Assembly (NCBI GenBank): GCA_030704615.1
Contig: CM060731.1
Coordinates: 86,738,001 to 86,802,000 of the forward strand
DNA length: 64,000 nt
Direction: 5' to 3'
Source of the DNA: Takakia lepidozioides
Lineage: Eukaryota > Plantae > Bryophyta
Under the pieces are notes generated by a model that made no database searches, was not told the DNA's origin, and saw only the letters and a list, made by a program, of their open reading frames with translations. Position numbers and translations under genes: made by a program. Within the stretch, counting starts at the first letter, position 1, and every line of letters starts with the position of its first letter. Of this stretch, positions 53,240 through 64,000 are shown in pieces.

Positions 53240-55570
53240 AAACAGTCCCGGAATTTCCAACGTAGAGGTAATTCGGAGCGCTGCACGATGGAATTCCGAC
53301 GCCGGATTTCCATCCTGCAGGTAATTCGGAGCGCAGCAGGATGGATATCCGGCGCCGAATTTCCATCCGCGGAGGAAGGGCGGCGCTGGAAATTTCCCTC
53401 ACGCAGGTAATTCGGAAGCGCGCGGATGGAAATCCGGCGACGAATTTCCATCCAGCCAGGTAGGGCGGCGCTGGAAATTTCCCTCACGCAGGTAATTCGG
53501 AAGCGCGCGGATGGAAATCCGGCGCCGAATTTCCATCCGCGGAGGAAGGGCGGCGCTGGAAATTTCCCTCACGCAGGTAATTCGGAAGCGCGCGGATGGA
53601 AATCCGGCGCCGAATTTCCATCCGCGGAGGTAGGGCGGCGCTGGAAATTTCCCTCACGCAGGTAATTCGGAAGCGCGCGGATCGAAATCCGGCGCCGAAT
53701 TTCCATCCGCGGAGGTAGGGCGGCGCTGGAAATTTCCCTCACGCAGGTAATTCGGAAGCGCGCGGATGGAAATCCGGCGCCGAATTTCCATCCGCGGAGG
53801 TAGGGCGGCGCTGGAAATTTCCCTCACGCAGGTAATTCGGAAGCGCGCGGATGGAAATCCGGCGCCGAATTTCCATCCGCGGAGGTAGGGCGGCGCGCCG
53901 AATTTCCCTCACGCAGGTAATTCGGTGCCGAATTTCCATCCTGCAGGTAATTCGAATACCGGAAATTCGGCGCCGAATTTCCATCCTGCAGGTAAGTGGA
54001 ATCCCGGATGAATGGAAATTCGGCGCCGAATTTCCATCCTGCAGGTAAGTGGAATCCCGGATGAATGGAAATTCGGCGCCGAATTTCCATCCTGCAGGTA
54101 ATTCGAATCCCGGATGAATGGAAATTCGGCGCCGAATTTCCATCCAGCAGGTAAGTCGGATCGGTGCCGTATGGATATTCGGCGCCGAATTTCCATTCGC
54201 CATGTATTTCTGAGCGAGGAATTACCTTCGTGCAGGTAATTCCCAGATTAGAATTACCTTCCTGCAGGTAATTCGTCGATCAGAATTACCTTCGTGCAGG
54301 TAATTCTGGACGAGGAATTAACATCCTACCGGCATCAATTGGAATTACCTGCAGGAAGGTAATTCTAATCTGGAAATTACCTGCACGAAGGTAATTCTCA
54401 TCTGGGAATTACCTGCACGAAGGTAATTCTGAGCGATGAAATACATGGCGAATGGAAATTCGGCGCCGAATATCCATACGCCACCGATCCGACTTACCTG
54501 CTGGATGGAAATTCGCCGCCGAATTTCCATTCATCCGGGATTCGAATTACCTGCAGGATGGAAATTCGGCGCCGAATATCCATACGCCACCGATCCGACT
54601 TACCTGTTGGATGGAAATTCGGCGCCGAATTTCCATTCATCCGGGATTCGAATTACCTGCAGGATGGAAATTCGGCGCCGAATCTCCATCCATCCGGGAT
54701 TCCACTTACCTGCTGGATGGAAATTCGGCGCCGAATCTCCATCCATCCGGGATTCCACTTACCTGCTGGATGGAAATTCGGCGCCGAATCTCCATCCATC
54801 CGGGATTCCACATACCTGCTGGATGGAAATTCGGCGCCGAATCTCCATCCATCCGGGATTCCACTTACCTGCTGGATGGAAATTCGGCGCCGAATTTCCA
54901 TCCGGAGGATGGTCTATGTTGGAGAGGTGCCGCCTCTCCGCCGCTCTGTTGGATATTCAGGGCCGAATTTCCGTCCCGGGGGTTGAAATATGACGGCCAG
55001 GTGCCGACCTCTCCCTTCTCCCCGACTGCATTGGAACGGCCCCGAATTGAAATTCGGCGCCGTTTTCCCATCTGGGGAGGTTTTTATGTCGGCCAGTTTT
55101 CGGTCTGACCCCCCGACAAGACTTCCTTTGGGGGGCCCGGATGGAAATTCGGCGCCGAATCTCCATCCAGGGGATGTTCTCTGTCGCACACTCCCCGGCC
55201 TCTGCGCCCGAGGCGACTTCATCCGGGCATCCCCTGTTCGATATTCGGTGCCGAATTTCCGTCCGGGGGTTGAAATGTGACGGCCAAATGCCGGCCACTC
55301 CCCCCTCCCCGACTGCATCCGAACCGCCCCGGATGGAAATTCGGCGCCGTTTTTCCATCTGGGGATGTTTTCATGCCGTCCAGTTTTCGGCCTGACCCCC
55401 CGACACGACTCCCTTTGGGGGCCCGGATGGAAATTCGGCGCCGAATCTCCATCCAGGGGATGTTCTCTGTCGCACACGTGCCGGCCTCTGCGCCTCTTCA
55501 TCCGGGCTTCCTCTGTTGGATATTGGGTGCCGAATTTCCATTCGGGGGTAGTAATGTGACGGCACGGTGC
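53240..55570. repeat. C-type palindrome arrays (61-bp and 40-bp units) with a large inverted repeat centred near 54325
   Basis: GGAAATTCGGCGCCGAATTTCC, e.g. 54120-54141; about 53960-54310 is the reverse complement of about 54340-54700. Confidence 0.9.
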
Positions 55571-55726
55571 CGGCTTCTCCCCTTCAGCCGTCATCATCCG
55601 GACGGCCCCCCACTTTCTGACTGCATACCGTTGGCAGTTATTGCGCAAAGACGAGGGGCCGCATTCCGGAGACAAGGTTCATTAACACTCTGACTGTGGA
55701 TTTTTGAGATAGTTGGCTCCCTGGAT

Positions 55727-57012
55727 TTGGATCAGGCTTCGTCGCTCGGACAAATCGGCATCGCATTCATTCCCATCGCTGCACCCCTTCTACCAGGGAG
55801 CTTCCCCGCACGCCATTCTGGCAGTCTTGTGTGCACATCTCCCATGGCGGAAAACCCGAGCGCTACAGTGTACTGCCATCCTCACGAGCATAGAGCTTCA
55901 TTTCCGTGCAGAGGGAACACCTGCCGGGTGATGGAGAAATATCTGTGCGTTCGATACCACCTGAAACCGGGGTCGGTTTTTTTGGAGGAGGAAAGGAAGG
56001 ACTCTAACGGCCTTGTTGTCGAGAGTATTGTTGTGCTCCACGATGATTTCGGCGATGGCAGGGAATGGTGAGTTCCACCATCGGACAGCGTCATATACAG
56101 GGCTGTTGGGGACTTCATTTGCCCGCCAAATGCACCGTCTATCCTGGCGCCTTCCACGAAACAATCCGCGAATCAGAGAGTGGGTACCTCAAAGAGAGAA
56201 GTCCGCAATGAAGTAAATCCAGAGCCGAACCCATCCATGAAGACGACCGAGAACCGGGTTGTTCACAACCTGTCCGACTCAGACGAGGTCATGGAAGTTC
56301 CGAGGTTGTCCTGGAGATCAGGCAAGTCCTCAATGGACGTCAGTGGAGGAGGGAGTCATATTCCCAGCACGAGCACCGCAGTTCGATCTATTCTTGAAAT
56401 TCTGCGAGGGCTTCACCTGGAAGGACACCGGTCGGAGCTGGCCGGGCTGGACTACAGCAAGTTCGCAATTAAATCGGTTACATGCCTTCCCGCCGACGTC
56501 GACGGTAATATCTTCTTTGAGTTCCCTCCTCGGGCGGACTACTCGAGGGCGTCCGGAATATTGACAGATATGGATAGAAAACATGACGGTCATCCTTGGT
56601 GCGTTACCAAAACCACCAGCATGAAGATGCTTGATGGTGTGCGGGTGCGCTACGTTGTTTGTGCGGGCGCGTTGCGGTGTTTCTCCCCAACTTGCTTCCA
56701 CTTTAAATCCAGAGGTCACAGGAACGAGACCGATTGGACAGGCACAGCTCACCAACCATTTCGAGCTCAGGAGAAGGTTCCGAACTCCACATTTAAGTGT
56801 GCGCATTGCGAGTGGAGCCGACTTGCAACTGTACGGACTTCTCGTTGATGGAAGCAAAGAAGGGTTCAAAGTATTATCCGTGCAAGCATCTGTATTACAT
56901 TTACCTGAAGAGGTTGAGGATGAACGTGACTATTGATGACTTTATTCATGCACCGGCGTTGAGCGTGAACGAGCTGCACAAACTCCTCCTTAGGGATTCC
57001 AGAAATCATTGA
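55727..57012 (+). pseudogene. MULE C transposase with the whole DDE core deleted
   Basis: N-terminus runs to FKCAHC (about 56810), then joins directly to SWIM PTCNCTDF...PCKHLYYI. Confidence 0.85.
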
Positions 57013-57167
57013 TGGGGCAAACGGAATCCTCCATATGGATATTTTCAAATGCATTTTGCTGTATCAGACTTTTTTTTTGCAGTGTAATGAAATGCACCCC
57101 AAAACTCCTGGAATGAGGCAATATTCCATTCAAACTGAGATCCAACAGAAGCAGTTGTGGGGCCATT

Positions 57168-57625
57168 TCTGGAAAAATGGCGCCGAATTTCTCTTTTTGG
57201 GGCCGAAAACTCGCTAAGTCCCAACATGCACTGGTACCTGTGTTTGGGAAAATGGCGCCGAATTTCTCTTTTTGGGGCCGAAAACTGGCTAAGTCCCAAC
57301 ATGCACTGGTACCGTGTCTGGAAAAATGGCGCCGAATTTCTCTTTTTGGGGCCGAAAACTCGCTAAGTCCCAACATGCACTGGTGTCTGTGTTTGGGAAA
57401 ATGGCGCCGAATTTCTCTTTTTGGGGCCGAAAACTGGCTAAGTCCCAACATGCACTGGTACCGTGTCTGGAAAAATGGCGCCGAATTTCTCTTTTTTGGG
57501 CCGAAAACTGGCTAAGTCCCAACATGCACTGGTACAGTGTCTGGAAAAATGGCGCCGAATTTCCCTATTTTGCGCCGAAAACTGGCTAAGTCCGAACATG
57601 CATTGGAAAAATGGCGCCGAATTAC
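57168..57625. repeat. Subterminal tandem array of C (about 70-bp units, GGAAAATGGCGCCGAATTTC)
   Basis: About 7 units. Confidence 0.9.
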
Positions 57626-58006
57626 CTGTCATGAGGGGACCTATAGCCGCGGAATTCGGCACCATTTTTCGCCAGAGAGACCTATTGCCGCGAAATACGT
57701 CGCCGTTTTTTCAGGTTACGGACCCTATTACCGCGAAATTCGGCTCCATATTTGCACATGTCGCTGGGAATTGGCATGAGCGGAAGACGAAATATCATGA
57801 GCACAACTGTCAAAAGTGCAATTTTCCCTTCAAGGGGCCGAATAATATATTTGTTTTTCCTGACACATTGCATTAAATTATTGTTTTTATTGTTTTTTAT
57901 TTTCGAAATTTGTACTTATGCTCATGAAAACTGATTGTGTGACTACTCTGCTCATGCCGCTCATGCCGCTCATGCTCATGAAATAGCAAACCTCACTGAA
58001 TACAAG

Positions 58007-58570
58007 TCACGTTGTCAATGGGACTTCGACTGCTCTCAGAACTAGCTCATGAGTCATGGGGCTCCTCCAGGTAAAGTCGATTGCAGCCGTTGTACCGCCC
58101 CTAGTGATGTTCACCACAATGTCCTGCCCTTCAATCATACCACCATCGAATATGGAAATCTTCACGTTTTCGTCGTCCACACCAATGCGAATGTCCCCAT
58201 ACAATGGAGAAGAGGAGCGCACTCCTTCAGGAGAATAGGTCTCTCCGATGGAGTCCACCCACGTCCAGTGGCAGCAGTTCCACCTCAACAGCATAGCAGT
58301 GCGCCTTCTTCTGCATGGGTGACCGTCGTAGCTGGGAAAATCGGAATCGAGGATGCGCAGGAGCCACGGACTCCTCAGACCAAGATCGTCACCCCGCTCG
58401 AAGGCGTAGTGGCCTAGGATATACTCAAAAGCCACCAATGTTTCCACAATCAAACCAGTATCTTCTCTGTAATCTGTGTACCAGATAACAATGTCTCCCG
58501 ATGTGGCCGAATACATTGCATAATCGATGCCTCCAAAGGGGCAGTCGTCCCGGTTCCGGAAGCACGACAT
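58007..58570 (-). CDS. Orphan protein 1 (A' copy)
   Basis: Copy of 18788-19351. Confidence 0.7.
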   Translation of the reverse strand: MSCFRNRDDCPFGGIDYAMYSATSGDIVIWYTDYREDTGLIVETLVAFEYILGHYAFERGDDLGLRSPWLLRILDSDFPSYDGHPCRRRRTAMLLRWNCCHWTWVDSIGETYSPEGVRSSSPLYGDIRIGVDDENVKISIFDGGMIEGQDIVVNITRGGTTAAIDFTWRSPMTHELVLRAVEVPLTT

Positions 58571-59123
58571 CCTTGCAAAGGAGGACCTGAGGACGACTTG
58601 GATGCCGATGACCTTGCGGACAGCTACGAAGCCCTTAGATTTTGGAAATGATGCGAAGCGGAAGAGCAGTCCGGCCTTTAATAATGGAGCATCTGGGTCC
58701 CACGTACCCACCGACGGAGGTGGAACGTGTTCATCACGCCAGCGGTGGATGAACCCATACATCTTTCTCATCAACAAGTTATAGTTTGAGATCTGCCACC
58801 GAAGTCCATCCCCCCGGATGGAAATTCGGCGCCGCATTTACATCGAAGAGGGGATGGACTTCGTCGTGTCCAGTGGCTATCGGCCCACCTGGCAGTGACT
58901 GCCCATAGTTTGCATGGCAGGGTAGGAAACTGAAACGGCTACATTCATGCAGCAGCCAATCTTCATCGGTCCAGGATCCTGTAGGGGGGGAATTTAAATG
59001 TGCCCTGGAGTGTTTGTGAGGAATTGCAGCGTTAGCTTGAACTTTTTCTAGCCACCGCGTTGCTCCTCCTCCTCCATCCGGGAGCTGCTGTCATTGAGCG
59101 TACTCCGCTACTCTTTTTCAAGG

Positions 59124-59693
59124 ATGCCATGCCGCCAAAATCCAGCCGACTGCCCTTATCATGGCCACGATTATGCTATGTTCAAACCAAAATCAGGAGA
59201 CATCATTGTCTGGCTCTCTGACGCTGCTGGAATCAAGCAAGAGTCTTTGCGCGCAATGGAGTATCTGGAGGGCTATTACCGCTTTGAGCAAGGTGAGGGC
59301 GAGGGTCAATGCGGTCCGTGGGTCCTGAAAATTGTTGACCTCGATATACCAAGCTGGAAAGGGATGCCGGACAGATCACGCACGGCCTCGCTTTGGCGCT
59401 GGAACTGCTGCCAGTGGACCAGGGAGGACGGCACCGGGGAAAACTATATACGTGCAGATCACTCCGCTCTTCCAGTGTATGGAGACATTCGGCTGAGTTG
59501 CGAAGACGAATCGCACGGGCACATGAGGCCCACAGTGACCTTGTCAATGTATGATGGTGGTATCATTGATGGACATGACATTGTCGTCGGCTCCAGCAAG
59601 GGCAGCAGAACGACCGAATTGCAGTTTACCTCGAGGTGCCGCAGCAGTGATGAGCTTGTTTTGAGGGGTATCGACGTTCCGTCGACTTGGTGA
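59124..59693 (+). CDS. Orphan protein 2 (A' copy, 9-bp in-frame deletion)
   Basis: Copy of 19901-20479. Confidence 0.7.
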   Translation: MPCRQNPADCPYHGHDYAMFKPKSGDIIVWLSDAAGIKQESLRAMEYLEGYYRFEQGEGEGQCGPWVLKIVDLDIPSWKGMPDRSRTASLWRWNCCQWTREDGTGENYIRADHSALPVYGDIRLSCEDESHGHMRPTVTLSMYDGGIIDGHDIVVGSSKGSRTTELQFTSRCRSSDELVLRGIDVPSTW

Positions 59694-60809
59694 AGCCCAT
59701 GTAGAAGGAGGAAGGGCTTAGTTTTGTCTGCAGTTGGTAAATGTGAGACATCGTGTCCGATCAATAAACCCATCGTATCTCACTTCTGTATGATTGTGTT
59801 TCATTCTGTTGAATAACTGTCAGAATTGGCCCACTGTTTACAATTTGATGTCTCATTTCTACAATTTGTCTGTCCGGATGAATATACCAGAGTAACCGGT
59901 ATGAGAGTCATGTGTCAAGAATATACCAGAGTAACGCCATGTCGGCATCGAAATGCGGCACCGCATTTCCATGCCGACATGGAAATGTATGAACCGCATT
60001 TCAGTGTCGGACAATGGAATGCGGTGCATCATTTCCGTCCAGGTACACGAAATACCAACACGGGTCTATAAATTGGACAGACAACGAGGTTGGCATTGCA
60101 AATGCGGCGACGCATTTCCAGCTTGGCAATGGAAACTTCTTTTTGGACAAGGGAATGCGGTGCCGCATTTCCGTCCAACACTTCGAAAAGTGCACCCATT
60201 TCCGACCAGCTCGATGGAATGCGTTACCGCATTTCTGTGAGAGGGTCTGCAAATGGACAAATTGCGATGTCTGTTCTGGAAATGCGGCGCCGCATTTCCA
60301 TGTCCGTCATCGACTTTTTTTTTGACAATGGAATGCGGTGCCAATTTTTGCCGATGGGCCTGCAGTTCAAACAACGACCATCCCCAATATGGAAATGCGG
60401 TACCGCATTTCCAATTCCGCCATCTCGACCTCCTTGTTCGACCTCTGTAAGCGTGGTGGCATCCATGCAATGAGCGGGAGAAGCCAAAACTGGCGTGTGG
60501 ACAAAGGAAATTTTGGAAATGCGGCACCGCATTTCCAATCGGCCGATTACTTTTTACTATGCCAACATTGAAATGGAAAATTTAGTCCCTCCCCTGTTTT
60601 GGAAATGGGGTGCCGCATTTCCAAAAGAGGTTTTTAGAGTTGCCAAAATTTGGAAATGCGGTGCCCCATTTCTGATTTTGGGAGCGTCGTGGTTTGGGCG
60701 ATTGTGTGGCTGGAATGCACACTGGAGAGGGGTCACGAATGTCGGGGAGATTTTCCTTTATATACTCTGGAAGAGAATTTACATTTACAGAGACTTCATT
60801 AAAATTCTA

Positions 60810-63800
60810 TTAATCTTGAAAATCATCCGAATCCTCATCCTGTTCTAGACTGTCCTGCTCCGCCTCCACCCCCTCAGTGCCTTTCTCATCTCCAGCGGAC
60901 TGCTCGTTGGCCAGGCTTTTGAAAATCCCATCTTCCCCTTGCGGAACTGTCCATCTCACCTCCGTTGGGTCGTCTTCCTCCCTGTCTGCGTCGCTCTCAT
61001 CCGCTGAATCACATATGTACTTTCGTACCCGTCTACCTATCTGAGCTGCTGCCAACTCTTTCCTTATCCTTCTGTCCTCCCTAGCCCTCTCCAAAATCTG
61101 CTCTACTTTACTGGGATTCTCACTTCTTCTAATCGCTGTATTTGCGAGTTTAGCTGCATAACTAGGAAGGGAGTAGTCCCTCACCGGGCTCGTCATGAAG
61201 TCGGCCCTCGCAAAGAACGGGACATTCTTCCTGGCAGGAAGTGTAGGCCCTACATGTTTCGACCCGGACCCTGCAATCCTGCACATGACAATCATCAACG
61301 AGACTAATGAGAACCACAGTCGGGAAATTCGTTTGACAAAAATGACCCAGAAGGCTTTGCAAACTTACAATGTTTGCACTCACTCATATTCCGGGTTCTC
61401 CTCCGCATCAATGTCCACTGTGTCTTCCTTGGACTCCGACAAATCCGAGGAGACTTCCGCTCTGTTGGGAGCCTTAACATTCCGTTGCAGCCCTTCCAGA
61501 TGGGATCCCCACACGGATGAATCCTCCTCGTAGGCAAAGAGGTGCCGGTCGGAAAACCGCCCAGCCCACATTGAGGCACCTGTTACAATGCCATCCACAC
61601 ATTACCACATGGCGCTTCAGATGTTGCGAACTACATCCTAACGAGAATTTGCAGAACAGCATAGATCAAGATTTTGCATACCTGTCCCACAGATGAGGTC
61701 GAGCACTGTGCCCTCCACGTCTGTGCATGTCTCCATAATTGTCTGAATGAAGGCAGGGCTCCGAGTCCGTGAGTACCGCAGGGGTTCCGTTGAAGTGAGG
61801 CTATGAGGGAGAAGTTCCTTGGGAACGTTGTTGAACAGAACGTCGTAATCGAGGGGGTCGCAGTTCGGGTCAACCTTTCCTCCCTCCTTCCGGAAAGCAA
61901 AGGTGGAGTTCTCCTTCACAAAGCAGTATGCATCGAACTGCTTCGTCTGCATACACAGGGGGGGAACGATTAGAAACCGAATGCTGCACCGCATTTGAAA
62001 ACACCCAAGCAAATGAATGGACGAGTGCCAGTGTCGTAATCACCTTCTTCCCTTCCGACCAAAGGCCCAGTGTGTTGATGCACGTCCACTTCTTTTTCAG
62101 AATCGGGACGGCGCTCTTGCGGGTCCACTTCGCAATTCCTGTCTGAGTGTTTTTTCCTCTGCTCGCCAGGACAACCACAAAGCCTCTGTCGTCCAACACC
62201 ATGCGGGTAAGCCCGAATCCTTTCTTCCAAAAGTCCTCCGAGTACCTGTTCCAAGATGGCAAAGCTTGCAGTCCTTCCACAGGCTCTCCATCCGGAATAT
62301 CCAAGATGATCATATCGCAAGACCACTCGGTGGCATTTCCGCCCCTCCTACAATCCTTGTCTGCACACACCCTCTCAAAGAACGAGACCATATTCTGAAA
62401 TCCTGGGGTGTCGGAAGGCTCTTCGGCAGTCGCCTTCTTCAGTGCTCTGCCCTTCAGACCCTCCATGGTCTTCATGTATGCCAACTTGGCTGCCCGTCCA
62501 TCCAAAGCCGCCAAGAAACTCTCATTTACACACTGGACTACTGTTTCGGGAGCCACTTTCGGCCTCTTCATTTCCACCGGCTCGAAAGGGTGCCCCCCTG
62601 GGGGGTTGAAGAGTGCCTTCTTTGCCGAGCCAGTTCTCGTGCCTCTCATGACAACGGTGGGCACAGGGGAGGCAGCCTGCGTTTGGGGGGGTGGGCTGGT
62701 TGCAAAGTCTCCATCGGAGTCCTCTTCCTCACCCTCTTCCTGAACAGGCTGTTTCTGCTTCTTCGTTTTGGCGGGTGTCACAACAGCTGCTCCTTGCTGG
62801 CGAGTCCTCTTCTTCGACCCCTTCTGTTGGGCCTGCACAGCTGCATCCACCGTCTTTTGTGCCATCTCAGCTGCCTTTCTGGATTCTTCCAGAGCAGCAG
62901 ATTCCTTTGCCGACTTTGGCCCAACAGGGACACGTCTTTCCTTTCTCTTCTCTTCTGCCAAGGCGTGCAGATCTTTCTCAGACTCGTCAACAATACCGCC
63001 AGACATATCCAGGTACCAGGGGCATCCAACGAGATGCGCGGGATGCCATTGTTTCTGCATCTCGGTGTGTAGACACAGCTTGGGCCCGCCACGGTCCAAG
63101 CCATGAAGAACGGGGGCTCTTGAGCCAGGGCCCCTGTCTGAAGGAGCACGTATTTCATATACCTGCAGGGCAGTCAGCATGCGTGAGCATAAGATTGGAC
63201 GAACCTACTCGCAGAGTGCCACCGAAAACATAAAATGCGAATGCGGTGCCACATTTCCGAGACAAACCTCGTAACCAGGCTTCGCATACAAGGGCAGCTG
63301 TGCTTCACCTGTAAACAATTCGCATTGCAGCTTTCCCCGCTCCCTCCTGATGTGTAAACTCCACGCTCCTTCTTGCTGTCTGTAGCTCTCTGGCGAAAAG
63401 GTTGTCCTTGTACGCACATCTGAAACGTGTCACATAGTCTTCCAATGTCTGTGTTCCATCCCATTTGACGTACAAGCCGAACGAATTTGTGTGCATTACG
63501 ACTTGCTCCTTCGCATTCGACATTACCTGCGATTCCCACATGCATTGTCACGTAGCAGTTCAGGGAATTCATTTCAGAAAAGCAAATCTGGGGAAGTACC
63601 TTGAATTACCTTGAAGTCATGCGGTTGAGCCACACATCCACTGCAGGGTCGGAAACTTCCAGTGGAAAAGACCACATTGTCCTTATGCTCTCGGATGCAT
63701 TCCAGATCGACAGCCACCGTGTCTGCCATTTCCGATCCAATGTCAGGAGCTGGAAGAGAGTGGCTATTGCTAGGAAGGAACTTCAGTGCATTGAAACCTC

Positions 63801-64000
63801 ACCTTCTCTTTCGCCTCAACACATGCCGTTGAGAGGTGATGCAGTTTCTCCAATTGCATGGTCGGCTGCATGGCCCGAGAATAGTGTTTTGCAATCTCGG
63901 GGATGAAGTCCTTTCCAAGTGCCGGATCTGCAATTGCCACCAACTTCACAAGCTTTGACTTGTATTTGGTTCTGGACTTGACACCGGCTTCCTTCAAGTG
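60810..64000 (-). pseudogene. A' ParB-MTase gene, 3' exons (runs off the window)
   Basis: Copy of 21609-24800, with its own indels near 63065 and 63611. Confidence 0.8.

Larger units (their letters stand above)
46591..57994. mobile_element. MULE C (left end not visible), apparently inserted into A'
   Basis: Right TIR CTCATGAAATAGCAAACCTC with CTCATG subterminal repeats; abuts sequence equal to A from 18776 onward. Confidence 0.85.
57995..64000. mobile_element. A', second copy of MULE A (corresponds to about 18776-24800)
   Basis: Near-identical collinear sequence with scattered SNPs and indels. Confidence 0.92.

Noticed and set aside
53113-55693. Many ORFs with MEIRRRIS / WKFGAEFP / GNSAPNF repeats (also MRRRIS / KCGAAFP in A)
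   Set aside because: They are translations of the palindrome arrays in all frames, not proteins.
42683-64000. Whole-window 40-kb tandem duplication
   Set aside because: 42683-57994 does not match 2200-18775; only G1 and A/A' are repeated, at different offsets.

Overview
Repeat-dense land-plant nuclear DNA (PLS-type PPR remnant, spliceosomal introns, tRNA-iMet-primed Ty3/gypsy, CACTA), with a 500-N gap at 42183-42682. It is dominated by nested transposons. The main feature is a group of large Mutator-like (MULE) elements, seen as three diverged variants. A spans 18325-32720 with a 9-bp TSD and has a partial second copy A' at 57995-64000. B is shattered, with termini at 7513 and 37710. C spans about 46591-57994. 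Each variant carries, head-to-head with its GCM/WRKY-like-DDE-SWIM transposase, a multi-exon gene fusing a ParB/Srx-like domain (DGNHR) to a beta-class amino-DNA-methyltransferase fold with a non-canonical motif IV (DIPD/DILD). In C this gene reads open across 10 exons (about 1501 aa). Each variant also has its own 22-bp palindrome in non-coding DNA (dozens of copies in A and C, fewer in B), all built on GAA-NNN-CG-N-CG-N-CG-NNN-TTC. This suggests a ParB/parS-like self-recognition or anti-silencing system in a eukaryotic transposon. Domain calls come from motifs read by eye, and the function is inference.
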